In this document: positions 50,511 through 60,856 of the stretch, piece after piece
How positions within the stretch are numbered: the first letter of the stretch is position 1
How the letters are laid out: each line of letters opens with the position of its first letter
Assembly (NCBI GenBank): GCA_963664325.2
Contig: CAXXDQ010000007.1
Span: 448,001-512,000, forward strand
DNA from: Desulfomonilia bacterium
Lineage (GTDB): Bacteria > Desulfobacterota > Desulfomonilia > UBA1062
Reading direction: 5' to 3'
DNA length: 64,000 nt
Notes under the pieces: model-generated
The model's database searches: none
What the model saw: only the letters and a program-made list of their open reading frames with translations
Told to the model about the DNA's origin: nothing
Translations under genes and position numbers: made by a program

Positions 50511-51593
50511 ATGAAGGCCATACCAGTTGACCGTAATCGGATCAGGGGTGCCTGGGAGGGCAGGATTTCCGGCTGTCAGCTTGGCAGGCCTGTTGAAATC
50601 ATGGCCAATATGCTGGGCCTTGAAGCGATGCAGACCTATCTGAAAGAGACCGGCGCACTGCCTCTCAGGGATTACATCCCGTATGCAAATAACCCGCTTG
50701 TTGACCTTATGGGAAAACTGTCCTGCAAAGATTTCATCACACGCAGCGAGCCGGATGATGACATAAATTATACGGTACTGGCTCTCATGATGCTGGAAGA
50801 ATACGGGCTTGATCTTACAACGCAAGATGTCGCCCTCTCATGGCTTCGCTATCTGCCGGCAGGCAGAACCTTCACGGCTGAAAAGGCAGCCTATAGAACA
50901 CTCCTCTCACTCACGGATGATGTTTCGGCGACTTTCGGGCTTCCTCCCGGATTCGACCTTTCGTCATGTTCCGAGAATGATTTCTCAGACTGGATAGGCG
51001 CACAGATCCGGGCCGACATATACGGCTGGGTCTGTCCAGGCCGTCCGGGGCTGGCCGCAGACCTGGCACGGAAGGATGCAGTTCTGTCTCACCGGGGTGA
51101 TGGCGTTGAGGGCGCCGCGTTTATAGCGGCCCTCGGTGCGGCGATCCCCGCTTCGAAGTCCGTTGAAGATGCAGTGGAAGAAGCTCTGAAGGAAATCCCC
51201 GCTGGCGGCAGGGCCTTCGAGGCTGTCAGGTTCGGATGTGACATTGCAGGGAAAAGCGATGCCGTCACTTTGCTGCATGAAAAATATAAAGGGATGCCCG
51301 CTGTTCACGTGATCAATAATCTCGCCCTTGTCGTATGGGCCATCCTGTCGTACGGGAACGACTTCTCCGCCGCCATCGGTGAAGCGGTCGCGGCCGGACT
51401 CGACACCGACTGCAACGGGGCAACTGTCGGAGGGCTCTGGGGCCTTTCAGGGAAGCCCATACCCGGACACTGGGTAAAACCATGGAATAAACGCGTGGCT
51501 GTAGATCTAGCCGGCATTGGAGAACTGAATTTGGAGAGCCTGATTGACAGGACAATTGAGGTTGCTGATCGAATACATCCTGCCTCGGATTAA
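50511..51593 (+). CDS. ADP-ribosylglycohydrolase family
   Basis: PDDDINYT, IGAQIRAD, GLDTDCNGATVG. Confidence 0.88.
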   Translation: MKAIPVDRNRIRGAWEGRISGCQLGRPVEIMANMLGLEAMQTYLKETGALPLRDYIPYANNPLVDLMGKLSCKDFITRSEPDDDINYTVLALMMLEEYGLDLTTQDVALSWLRYLPAGRTFTAEKAAYRTLLSLTDDVSATFGLPPGFDLSSCSENDFSDWIGAQIRADIYGWVCPGRPGLAADLARKDAVLSHRGDGVEGAAFIAALGAAIPASKSVEDAVEEALKEIPAGGRAFEAVRFGCDIAGKSDAVTLLHEKYKGMPAVHVINNLALVVWAILSYGNDFSAAIGEAVAAGLDTDCNGATVGGLWGLSGKPIPGHWVKPWNKRVAVDLAGIGELNLESLIDRTIEVADRIHPASD

Positions 51594-51604
51594 GATAACT
51601 CCTG

Positions 51605-52849
51605 ATGATACGGATTATTACTGCAGTTGTGATATCTGTTTTTATTATCGGCTCTCAGGCGCTCTTCGGTAGCAGCATGGGCAAGCCGGTTGATATTTCC
51701 AGCAAAATTCCGGCCGATAAACATTTGATAGACACGGACAATCCAGAAGCATCTGCCGATGATACAACCAGCGCCGGTGGAATTACCGTAATCAACCCCT
51801 ACCCTTTTAAAGTCAACAGCTCTTATCCCGCAAATGTGGCTGTCAGAAGGCTTGATAACGGCGGTTTCTTCACCGCCTGTGAGGAAAAGCTATCAAATGG
51901 CAAGTTTGCGGGAGTTGCTGCATTATATACGGAGAACATGCAGGAAAAGTGGATGAGGGTTTGTTATACGGACCAGAAGAGTGATTTTTTCATAAAGAAC
52001 AACTCGGTTGCCACGTTTTCGGACGGAAACGTAATTATCGCTTACGTGGATGGAAAGGATTCCAGGGCAAGGTTTGTAATATTTAACCCCGAGATGAAAA
52101 TAATAAGGGATCCCGTTTTAATCCAAGCCTCTGCAGCCGAGTGCATTTCAGTAACGAGGCTGGCCGGAGGCATGACTGCAATGATAGCCTTTTATGCGCC
52201 TTTTGGAACAACTGGTATTGGCAGGTTCATTATCGTCAATTCATCAGGCGATATTCTGGGTTCGCCTGCTGCTTTCTCAAAGGATGGTTTCATAAGCGGC
52301 ATATCGGCAGCTACGCTGTCCAACGGTCTGATATTCATTGCATATAACAGCGGGTTTGGCAGAAGCGTGGTCATTGATCAGAATGGAAATGTCATCAGGC
52401 CCATGAGCGCTTGTTACACCAAATACTCTTCAAGGATTACGGCAATCCCGCTCGATAACGGCAATGTAATGGTTACTTTCAGGGATGAACAGGAAAGGCC
52501 GAGGTTCACAATCATTGACCAGCAGGGCGGGACCGCCGACAGTCCCGGTTATCTGTTCAACGGTGCGGCAGATGACGTGGTACCTGTAAAAATGAACAAC
52601 GGCAATGTCATGGCAGCCTTTACCCCCCTTGCAAATGGTTATCCGGCGGCCCTCTGCCTGACAGTCATCAATCAGACAGGACTGTCTGTGAAGAAACCTA
52701 AAGTAATAATCAGTGACATGCGGATTGCATCCGGGAATTATCAGATCGCTGCAGTTAAAAATGATATGGCGCTGATACTCTTCAGCGGATTTGAGGAGAT
52801 CAGGGGCGGACAGGGTACTTATAAATACGGTTTTCTTCTGGTTAAGTAG
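51605..52849 (+). CDS. Secreted repeat protein, probable beta-propeller
   Basis: Signal peptide; about seven ~50-aa repeats centred on (L/M)x(N/D)G(N/G) followed by a hydrophobic strand. Confidence 0.6.
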   Translation: MIRIITAVVISVFIIGSQALFGSSMGKPVDISSKIPADKHLIDTDNPEASADDTTSAGGITVINPYPFKVNSSYPANVAVRRLDNGGFFTACEEKLSNGKFAGVAALYTENMQEKWMRVCYTDQKSDFFIKNNSVATFSDGNVIIAYVDGKDSRARFVIFNPEMKIIRDPVLIQASAAECISVTRLAGGMTAMIAFYAPFGTTGIGRFIIVNSSGDILGSPAAFSKDGFISGISAATLSNGLIFIAYNSGFGRSVVIDQNGNVIRPMSACYTKYSSRITAIPLDNGNVMVTFRDEQERPRFTIIDQQGGTADSPGYLFNGAADDVVPVKMNNGNVMAAFTPLANGYPAALCLTVINQTGLSVKKPKVIISDMRIASGNYQIAAVKNDMALILFSGFEEIRGGQGTYKYGFLLVK

Positions 52850-53020
52850 GAAGAAAGCTCAAATAAAGTTCAATACAATGAAACGATGACAAATCCGCTA
52901 CAAAGCCTGAGCCTTCCCAGATCACAACTGTCATAAAATCCTTTTAATCAAGTTTTATTACAGATATATCTCGATCGCCATTGACTGATTCGTTTTTTTT
53001 TGAGCATAAGTTCTTACATT

Positions 53021-53038
53021 AATGAACAGCCATTCATT
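53021..53038. promoter_or_regulatory. Palindrome AATGAA-N6-TTCATT, candidate TetR/FadR-type operator
   Basis: Inverted repeat just upstream of the RBS of an acyl-CoA synthetase, downstream of TTGACT at 52981. Confidence 0.4.
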
Positions 53039-53054
53039 TTCTAAAGGGGACAAT

Positions 53055-54605
53055 ATGAGCAACATTATCAGCAGGGACACCATCGGTGATATCACAAGGA
53101 AAGCTGCCACCAAATACGGCGACAAGACGGCCATCATCTTCAGGGATATAAAACTTTCTTATTACGACCTCGAAAAAGAGGCCCGGCGTTTTGCCAACCT
53201 GATGACAAGCTACGGGATCAAGAAAGGCGACAGGGTCGCCATTTACTCCTATAACTCGCACTATTATCCTATAAGCATGATAGGCTTATCGAAGATCGGA
53301 GCAATACAGGTGCCCATAAACTATATGCTCAATGCAGATGAAATCGCCTATATAGTCAATCATTCCGGGTCCAAGATTTTCATTGTTGAAGATGCGCTCT
53401 ATCCAATCATTGCCAAGGCTCAGGACAGGTTCACATCGGTTGAGAAATGGGGATTCCTGCCCCTGTCGGATACCGATATCCCGGGCGGTTTCTTCAACCT
53501 GATCAAGGAAATGGAATTGATGAATTATGATGAGTCCTATGTCGAGGTCAATGCCGAAGACATTGCCCAGATACCCTATACAAGCGGTACGGAATCAAAA
53601 CCCAAAGGCGCCATGCTGTCCCACCGCGCACTGATGTCCGAATATTACAGCTGCATATTCGATGGCCAGTATGACACATATGATGTCAGTCTCAATGCCC
53701 TGCCGCTTTTCCACTGCGCCCAGCTGCACTGCTTTCTTATGCCTTACCTCTATGTAGGTGCAACCAATATAATCATGCACAAGGCCGACGCGCTGGAGAT
53801 GATAAAGTGCATCGAGAAATACCAGATAACGCACACATTCGCCCCGCCAACAGTCTGGATCGGCATACTCAACCACCCGGAATTCAAGAACCATAACCAC
53901 GGCAGCCTCAAGAAGGCGGCCTACGGCGCAAGCATCATGCCGGTTGAGATAATCAAGCAGCTTTCTGTGGCCTTCCGGGGTCTCAAACTGTGGAATTACT
54001 ACGGCCAGACCGAAATGGGTCCGGTTGCTACCATACTGAAACCGGAAGACCAGCTTTTAAAACCAGGCTCGGCAGGCCAGCCGGTGCTCAATGTCGAGAC
54101 CAGGTTGATGGATTTCGAGGGCAACTTCGTGCCTAACGGTGAAGTCGGCGAGATCGTCCACCGTTCGGGCCAGGTCATGACCGGGTATCTGAACGATCCA
54201 GAAAAAACGACTGAAGCCTTCGAATACGGTTGGTTCCACAGTGGAGACCTGGGCCGTTTCGATGAAGACGGATATCTGTATGTGGTTGACCGCAAGAAGG
54301 ACATGATCAAGACAGGCGGGGAAAACGTTGCCTCTCGAGAGGTCGAGGAGGTCCTTTACAAGCATCCCGGCATCGAGGAAGTCGCTGTCATAGGCCTTCC
54401 GGACCCCAAATGGATCGAGATTGTCGCCGCTGTTATAGTGCCGAAAAAAGGCACTGTATTATCCGAGAAAGACATAATTTCGTTCTGCAAAGAAAATCTT
54501 GCCGGGTTCAAGTGCCCTAAGAAACTTCACATCGTGGACAGGCTTCCCAAAAATCCTTCGGGCAAGATACTGAAACGAGAGCTCAAAGAAGAGTTGGGAA
54601 AGTAA
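53055..54605 (+). CDS. Fatty acyl-CoA synthetase (AMP-binding)
   Basis: YTSGTESKPKG, YGQTE, WFHSGD, LPKNPSGKILK. Confidence 0.92.
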   Translation: MSNIISRDTIGDITRKAATKYGDKTAIIFRDIKLSYYDLEKEARRFANLMTSYGIKKGDRVAIYSYNSHYYPISMIGLSKIGAIQVPINYMLNADEIAYIVNHSGSKIFIVEDALYPIIAKAQDRFTSVEKWGFLPLSDTDIPGGFFNLIKEMELMNYDESYVEVNAEDIAQIPYTSGTESKPKGAMLSHRALMSEYYSCIFDGQYDTYDVSLNALPLFHCAQLHCFLMPYLYVGATNIIMHKADALEMIKCIEKYQITHTFAPPTVWIGILNHPEFKNHNHGSLKKAAYGASIMPVEIIKQLSVAFRGLKLWNYYGQTEMGPVATILKPEDQLLKPGSAGQPVLNVETRLMDFEGNFVPNGEVGEIVHRSGQVMTGYLNDPEKTTEAFEYGWFHSGDLGRFDEDGYLYVVDRKKDMIKTGGENVASREVEEVLYKHPGIEEVAVIGLPDPKWIEIVAAVIVPKKGTVLSEKDIISFCKENLAGFKCPKKLHIVDRLPKNPSGKILKRELKEELGK

Positions 54606-54606
54606 A

Positions 54607-54996
54607 ATGATAAGAAAGATCAAGTTGCCGCCGCCCTGTTTTGATTTTCTTCACGCGGAACTTTTGAGCGCGGAAAACGGCAGGGCGGTTGTCAGGTTCG
54701 TACCGACAGAACAGATGGAAAACCCCTATGGAACGATACAGGGCGGCATCATAGCGGGCATGCTGGACAACGTATTCGGCCCGGCGGTGGTTTCCGCTGC
54801 CCCTTCAAACAGGAGCACAACTGTTCAGATGTCGGTCAATTACCTGAGATCCGTGAAGGCGGGCGAACCTATTATCGGCACGGCCGAGGTCGTCAAGCTC
54901 GGACGTACCCAGGTGCTGATCGAGGCCAGAATGGAGCGGGAATCGGACGGAGAACTCCTGGTAAGGGCTACAGCGACCAATCTTATAAGGGAATAG
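54607..54996 (+). CDS. PaaI-family thioesterase
   Basis: NPYGTIQGGIIAGMLD hot-dog motif. Confidence 0.88.
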   Translation: MIRKIKLPPPCFDFLHAELLSAENGRAVVRFVPTEQMENPYGTIQGGIIAGMLDNVFGPAVVSAAPSNRSTTVQMSVNYLRSVKAGEPIIGTAEVVKLGRTQVLIEARMERESDGELLVRATATNLIRE

Positions 54997-55106
54997 CAAA
55001 GACTCTCTTCAATGAAACTCTATTTGACATTTCTGCTTGTTGCCTTGTAGAGCAGATGAATATTTTTCAGCTTCATAATATATTCGACCGACGAAGAGGA
55101 GACGAT

Positions 55107-56039
55107 ATGACTGCAAGAACCGGAGCGTCGCATATTTCAGACTGGATTTCTGCAATGAGAATACCTTTTGCCACGGTTGCAATAGTACCTTTCGGTGTCG
55201 GTGTTTTCCTGGCTTTTGTTAACGGCGCCCAGGTTTCATGGCCTGCTTCAATTTCCGGTATCGTAGCAGTAATGCTGATATGCACGGGCTGCCACCTTAT
55301 CGGTGAAGTCTCCGATCAGGCGGAAGACAGGAAAACCCTTGATATCGGAAGGACAAAGTTTTCGGGCGGCACCCTTTCCGTCGTGGAAGGCAGGCTCAAT
55401 GAAAAATCCGTAATGAAAGGCGCGATAGCCTGTTTTGCAGTTTCGGCTCTTCTTGGCGGCTATATCTTTTATATCCAAAGGTCATTCTGGCTTATAGGAC
55501 TCGGGATTTTCGGCGCCACGGTTGCAATACTCTATTCCCTGCCTCCTGTCAGGCTGGCGAAACAGGGAGTGGGAGAGCTGTTTATCGGCATATGCTACGG
55601 ATGGCTGACAATCGTTACAGGCTATGCTACCGCATCAGGCATGATGCCGCCCGATTCATACATCTGGTGCTGGCCGGTGGCCCTTACGGTATTCAACATC
55701 ATACTGATAAATGAATTTCCGGATTTCATCCCGGATTCTTCGACAGGCAAAAAAACCCTTGTAGTCAGGATAGGAATGGAGAAAAGCCAGTGGATATATG
55801 CAAGTGCATCGATGCTTACCGGAATCTCAATACTGGGCCTCTGGTTCAGATACAGACCGTTTGAGATGCTCTTCCTGGCCGCGGTTCTGCCGGGAATTTT
55901 ACTCTCCTTTGTGCTGGCATACCTCGTTGCTGTTAAAAAAGTCTGGAAATCCAACAGCACGATCGAGCCCGTATGCGCATTTACGATAATATTAAACCAC
56001 ATTTCATCCCTAACGGTCGCCCTGCTGGTAAGATGGTAA
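55107..56039 (+). CDS. MenA-like prenyltransferase (UbiA superfamily)
   Basis: MRIPF, GEVSDQAED, FSGG, YSLPPVRL, GVGE, INEFPDFIPD...GKKTLVVR. Confidence 0.82.
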   Translation: MTARTGASHISDWISAMRIPFATVAIVPFGVGVFLAFVNGAQVSWPASISGIVAVMLICTGCHLIGEVSDQAEDRKTLDIGRTKFSGGTLSVVEGRLNEKSVMKGAIACFAVSALLGGYIFYIQRSFWLIGLGIFGATVAILYSLPPVRLAKQGVGELFIGICYGWLTIVTGYATASGMMPPDSYIWCWPVALTVFNIILINEFPDFIPDSSTGKKTLVVRIGMEKSQWIYASASMLTGISILGLWFRYRPFEMLFLAAVLPGILLSFVLAYLVAVKKVWKSNSTIEPVCAFTIILNHISSLTVALLVRW

Positions 56040-57298
56040 TAGCCCCTTATCTATCCGTCCATAACCTCATAAGGCAGTTTGCTTCATCGCTTCTGCTCAT
56101 GAAGACCGCCAGGTGGAAACACTTCCCCCTGTGGCTGAGCAGAAACGCCTGGAAGTCCATACCGGTTGCAGGCGGCGCCGTCGGCATGGGCTGTATCGGG
56201 TTCGGATATCATGCAGTCTGGGAAGTCACAGAAGCCTGCAACCTCAGATGTCTGCACTGCCACGCCACAAGCAGTGTGGCATCATCCGATGAACTCGATA
56301 CCAAGGAGGGTTTCAGACTGCTAGAACAGATACACAGACTGAAGGGATTCCAGATGCTCGCATACTCGGGCGGTGAACCTCTTGTGAGGAAAGACATCGA
56401 CGATCTGCTTGCATACGGGAAAAAGCTGGGTCTGGTTAATGTAATCGCAACAAACGGCACGCTTATAGATTATCCACGGGCCCGGGAACTGAAAAAACTC
56501 GGCGTTAAAGGCGTCGCCGTAAGTTTCGATTCCACGGACCCTGATATACACAACAGCATCAGGCAGAGCCCGACCGCCTTCGATCGCGCGATACGCGGGA
56601 TAGAGGCCTGCAAAAAGGCGGGCATTATAGTTCAGCTGAACTATACGGCAATGAAGGAAAATATCGGGACCCTGGCTGAAGTGGTGAAGTTCGCCCATGA
56701 TATCAATGCAGCCATCATGCTCTGCTATCAGCTAGTACCCATGGGCAGGGGCGGCGCAATTGCATGTTCTGCCCTCTCCCCTGAAGACAACAGGCTTCTG
56801 ATGAACAGTGCAAGGAAACTCCAGGCTGATGCGGTAACCATTGTCGAGCCTGTTGCAGGACCCCAATACTGGGCGCATCTTCTACGAAGGGACAACAGGA
56901 ATCCGAAGCGCCTTATAAGGCACAGCCCATTCCATGGCTGTGCAGCAGGATGGGGACTTGTTTACATAAAGCCCAACGGCGAAGTATGGCCCTGCCCTTT
57001 TGTCCCTGTAAGCGGTGGAAATGTCCGCTCAAGCAGTCTTTCCGACATTCATAAGAAAAGCGACATATTCAGAAAACTCTCGGACAGGAATAACCTTAAG
57101 GGAAAATGCGGCGAGTGTGAGAACAGGCATGTCTGCGGAGGCTGCCGTGGAAAGGCCTATGCCGCCTGCGGTGATGCCCTCGAAACCGATCCCACCTGTT
57201 ATATACACTTTACTGAAATGCCGGAATATCTGAAATGGGCTTCAAATACAGCTGTCGCCGGTGATGCGCCGGGAGGAGGCACGGGAAGCTGCGGTTGA
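56033..57298 (+). CDS. Radical SAM/SPASM protein (Ahb/NirJ-like)
   Basis: WEVTEACNLRCLHCHA, SGGEPL; SPASM GCAAG...PCPF...GKCGECE...CGGCR...DPTC. Confidence 0.85.
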   Translation: MVIAPYLSVHNLIRQFASSLLLMKTARWKHFPLWLSRNAWKSIPVAGGAVGMGCIGFGYHAVWEVTEACNLRCLHCHATSSVASSDELDTKEGFRLLEQIHRLKGFQMLAYSGGEPLVRKDIDDLLAYGKKLGLVNVIATNGTLIDYPRARELKKLGVKGVAVSFDSTDPDIHNSIRQSPTAFDRAIRGIEACKKAGIIVQLNYTAMKENIGTLAEVVKFAHDINAAIMLCYQLVPMGRGGAIACSALSPEDNRLLMNSARKLQADAVTIVEPVAGPQYWAHLLRRDNRNPKRLIRHSPFHGCAAGWGLVYIKPNGEVWPCPFVPVSGGNVRSSSLSDIHKKSDIFRKLSDRNNLKGKCGECENRHVCGGCRGKAYAACGDALETDPTCYIHFTEMPEYLKWASNTAVAGDAPGGGTGSCG

Positions 57299-57354
57299 GC
57301 TGAGAGGAGCCGGTCATTGATCTCTAAGGCTTCCAGGCATGCCGACTGCTCATA

Positions 57355-58476
57355 TCACTTGTACATATCGGGCAGATCCTTTTCAAAAACGGTAACAGGA
57401 TCATTATAAAACTTGATGAAATCCTCGGCTGACGGGTCTCCTGGATATGGTCCGAAATGATGCGATTCATTGGCGTTCCGCCAGAAAAGCACGTATGCAA
57501 TCTTGTCCGTCTTAAGGCACATTTTGATCGGATTCAGGAAAAGGCTCCACCAGTTGGTGAGCGGCACGCCTTCACTGCCTGATTCCGTGAGAGCCGGGAT
57601 CTTGCCGAAGGCCCGGGCCATCTCGACAAGCTGGCTTAAACGCATCATACCGCACAGGGAGGTTCCGTAGGTGAAATCACCGTAGTTGTCGTGTCCCATG
57701 ATATCGACCCATTCATTTCCCGGATAACGGTTAAGATAGCCGTCATATCCCCAGAACCTGTCCGGAGAATATGCATATAGAAGATTGTGGACATGGCGGT
57801 TGTCGCGCAGATAGGAGACCGTGAAGCGCCAGAGCGCCTTGAATTCTTCAGGCGTGCAGGAGGCTGAGCCCCACCAGAACCATGTGCCGTTATTTTCATG
57901 AAAGGGCCTGAAGATAATCGGTATAAACTCGCCGTTTGAACCTTTGAGGCTCATAAAATAATCTGCCAGCGCATCCAGTTCGGCTGTGTAAATTTCATGC
58001 CTGTCTCCGCCGGGTAAAATGCGGTTTATGTCGGCAGTTGTATCCCAGGCTGTCCCCCCATTGGGTATGTTGTGCAGGTGCCAGCTGAAGGTGTTGATGC
58101 CGCCGCGTTCATAAGAGCTGAAGATCAGTTCTCGCATACGGGCGAAACTGACACCGTCGATATTTGTCGGGCCGCTGACTCCTTCCGCGTCCCAGCCGTA
58201 TACAGCAGGGAAATCACCGCAAACCTTTTTTATGTCCGATGTCTCTTCAGCAGCCGGATCATCCCACCAGCCCACGCCATAGGCGGTTGTTTCCTGATGG
58301 CCGATGAGAATTTTATCGCCCGCGGCACTTATATCCATGAGATTATTATATAGCGCCTTTGTTTCAGCCGTAGCCTCATTGTCCACCAGACCTTCATGTA
58401 AAGGGTAGCCGCTCGGATCGAACTTGCAGCTGACAAGAACTGCAAGTGCAAGACATACTATTGAAAAGCGTTTCAT
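57355..58476 (-). CDS. GH26 beta-mannanase-family lipoprotein
   Basis: VLVSC lipobox; GDFPAVYGWD, RPFHENNGTWFWWG, YPG..WVDIMGHDNY, ALTE, WRN. Confidence 0.9.
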   Translation of the reverse strand: MKRFSIVCLALAVLVSCKFDPSGYPLHEGLVDNEATAETKALYNNLMDISAAGDKILIGHQETTAYGVGWWDDPAAEETSDIKKVCGDFPAVYGWDAEGVSGPTNIDGVSFARMRELIFSSYERGGINTFSWHLHNIPNGGTAWDTTADINRILPGGDRHEIYTAELDALADYFMSLKGSNGEFIPIIFRPFHENNGTWFWWGSASCTPEEFKALWRFTVSYLRDNRHVHNLLYAYSPDRFWGYDGYLNRYPGNEWVDIMGHDNYGDFTYGTSLCGMMRLSQLVEMARAFGKIPALTESGSEGVPLTNWWSLFLNPIKMCLKTDKIAYVLFWRNANESHHFGPYPGDPSAEDFIKFYNDPVTVFEKDLPDMYK

Positions 58477-58588
58477 AATATAACCTCCAGTCTTTCAGGA
58501 AGGGAATGCTTTCAGGAATTTCTTCCCTTCCGGGATTTTATATGAGCATAGGGGTATTGCCAATCCTTTCAAAATCAGGCCGTAACAA

Positions 58589-60856
58589 TCACCTGAACAG
58601 ACTTGCCGTTCCTCCTATCTCGATTGCTGCCGCACCGCTCAAATTAACCTTCATGAGCTTTGAGGCGTCATCATAAGTGAAGTCAATGCCCTCTGTAATG
58701 ATCTCGCCGTTCCTTTTAACCCGTTTAAAGCCGTTCAGGTAAATCTCGGCAACTCCTGCAACGCCTGTATCCTCTATACTTATTCTGATGGTGTTGTCCT
58801 CTGTTGATGATAGGATCCTGCATACGCCGTTGTCCGTGAAATAATCAAATGAAGAGCTTCCAGACGCAGCCGGGAACACCTCTATTCTCAGGCTGGCTTT
58901 CCAGTCGGGCGTCCAGCTGTTATTGCTCTTGAGTATGTCGCCGCGGGGTATTATGGCCCCCTCTTTTGCAAAGACCGGGATTACTCCTAGCGGTGCATCC
59001 TCATTTATCACAGATGGGCCTTGATGAATCTCATACCTGTTGTTGTAGTTCAGCCATTTGCCTTCAGGCAGGTAGATGTCACGGCTCCTGATGTTTTTCA
59101 CTGCCACAGGGGCAACCAGCAGCTCGCTGCCGTACATGTATTCATCCCAGATATCATGAACGCTGCAGTCACCGGGATATGCTATCACGAGCGCCCGCAT
59201 GACGGGCATGCCCGTTTTTGCGGCCTGATGCATCATTGAACGCGTATAGGGTATGAGATCATGGTGCATTGCCGTAGTATCGCGCGCTATCTCGAGCAGT
59301 TCATCGTCGAAATTATTGAATATGGTCCTGTACCATATGGTGCGGTTCGGCCCTATCAGCACTTCCATCATGGGCGAATATGCCCCGAATTCGAGCCACC
59401 TTGCGAAAAGCTCCTTTGTAAAAATCAGTCCTCCGATATAACCCCCGACATCCGAGCCCCAGAACGGAAAGTTTATCATGCCGCTCCTGAGCCCGTTTTT
59501 GATGGACATCCTCAAGCTTGAAAACGTCGCATCGGTGTCTCCGTTCCAGACCCCGACAAACTGCCTCGACCTGTCAAACGCGCTGCGTGCGAACATAAGC
59601 CAGTCGCTGCCGTTTTTCGCGGCAAGGCCTTCCGCGCTCAGCTTGTGGAAATTGTATGTGACTTCGTTCTGTGCTGAAAGCGGCATTTCGCCTTCTTCCC
59701 CCCGGTCTATCTTGTATCCCTTTATGCCCATGCCGACAAACGTATCCAGCTTCGATCTGAACCAGTCATATACCTCCGGCCTCCTGACGTCAGATGCAGG
59801 CCATTCACCGCCATAGCCGTAGAAAAGATAGCCCAGCGGATCGCCTTCTGTGTAAAGGCCGTTGATGCAGCGGTTGGTTATCCAGAGGAGCAGGTTATAT
59901 CCGTCGGCCTTAAGGCTGGAGATCATGAACCCCGGGTCCGGGAATGATGAGTCAAAATCCATGTTGCCCCAGCCCATGTTCCCCGTGCCGTAAGGCCTGT
60001 CGATCCATATCGCCGATGCCCTGATCCTGTTGTCCTTGAGTTTCGATGCCGTCTGAAGCACATTTTCCTGGGCGTTCGCAACCCCTTCATTGAAACCCGT
60101 ATGGTCGTCGTCGCGCCACCATATGGAATCGAACGCCCAGAGAGGGGGCATGACCGGAGGCCCGGCAATATCATTGTATGCCTTGAGCATGTCTGCATAT
60201 GATGGACCATAGAGAATATGGTACTTGAGTTCAGGGGCTTCGAAGGAAAAAGAGGTCTTTCCAAGACATGCGATTGTGTATTGGCCCTTCGCAAATGTTT
60301 CGGCGTATATGGCGTATTTTTTCGACGTCATGTAAAATGGGGCCCGGGCGTTGCAGAAATTAGCATCATGCTTCTTCTGGAAGCCCAGCATCTGGGCGGA
60401 AGCGCCCCGGTTGTCCAGTGCTCCGGCGGGCGGGTATTCCCAGAGCCCGTAATAATGTTCGCCCAGATCAGCAAAGGTTTGAGTTATCTGTCCTGCATCA
60501 GGCGCATTGAACGCCAGTTCAATATGAGCCGGGCCCCTGAAATCGAATCTTACAAAAGCCCTGACTGAACCGTCCGCCACAAGATTTGCCTCAAGAAAAT
60601 CCCGGCCGGTTTTCAGATCGCTTACATCCGTGGCTTCAAACGAGTCCTGAAAGGCAAATGTGCTGAGCGTGTTTCTGAGTAACACTTCACCGCTTGCCTT
60701 TTCCCTGATCTCGTACGAGAAGGGATGCGAGAATACATTCAGCGTTAACAATTCACTTTCAACTGATCCGATCAATTCCAGATTTTCTTTGCATCCCTGG
60801 AGAAAAATTAGAAGTGCAACCGCTATCAAAATTACAGATGACAGTCTTTTCTTCAT
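58589..60856 (-). CDS. GH31 glycoside hydrolase lipoprotein
   Basis: FLQGC lipobox; IWIDRP, GYKIDRGE, WNGD, WGSDVGGY, ELFARWLEFG, GMPVMRAL. Confidence 0.9.
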   Translation of the reverse strand: MKKRLSSVILIAVALLIFLQGCKENLELIGSVESELLTLNVFSHPFSYEIREKASGEVLLRNTLSTFAFQDSFEATDVSDLKTGRDFLEANLVADGSVRAFVRFDFRGPAHIELAFNAPDAGQITQTFADLGEHYYGLWEYPPAGALDNRGASAQMLGFQKKHDANFCNARAPFYMTSKKYAIYAETFAKGQYTIACLGKTSFSFEAPELKYHILYGPSYADMLKAYNDIAGPPVMPPLWAFDSIWWRDDDHTGFNEGVANAQENVLQTASKLKDNRIRASAIWIDRPYGTGNMGWGNMDFDSSFPDPGFMISSLKADGYNLLLWITNRCINGLYTEGDPLGYLFYGYGGEWPASDVRRPEVYDWFRSKLDTFVGMGIKGYKIDRGEEGEMPLSAQNEVTYNFHKLSAEGLAAKNGSDWLMFARSAFDRSRQFVGVWNGDTDATFSSLRMSIKNGLRSGMINFPFWGSDVGGYIGGLIFTKELFARWLEFGAYSPMMEVLIGPNRTIWYRTIFNNFDDELLEIARDTTAMHHDLIPYTRSMMHQAAKTGMPVMRALVIAYPGDCSVHDIWDEYMYGSELLVAPVAVKNIRSRDIYLPEGKWLNYNNRYEIHQGPSVINEDAPLGVIPVFAKEGAIIPRGDILKSNNSWTPDWKASLRIEVFPAASGSSSFDYFTDNGVCRILSSTEDNTIRISIEDTGVAGVAEIYLNGFKRVKRNGEIITEGIDFTYDDASKLMKVNLSGAAAIEIGGTASLFR

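Noticed and set aside
56033-57298. Second RiPP maturase
   Set aside because: No adjacent RRE or precursor-like small ORF; the sequence looks Ahb/NirJ-like.
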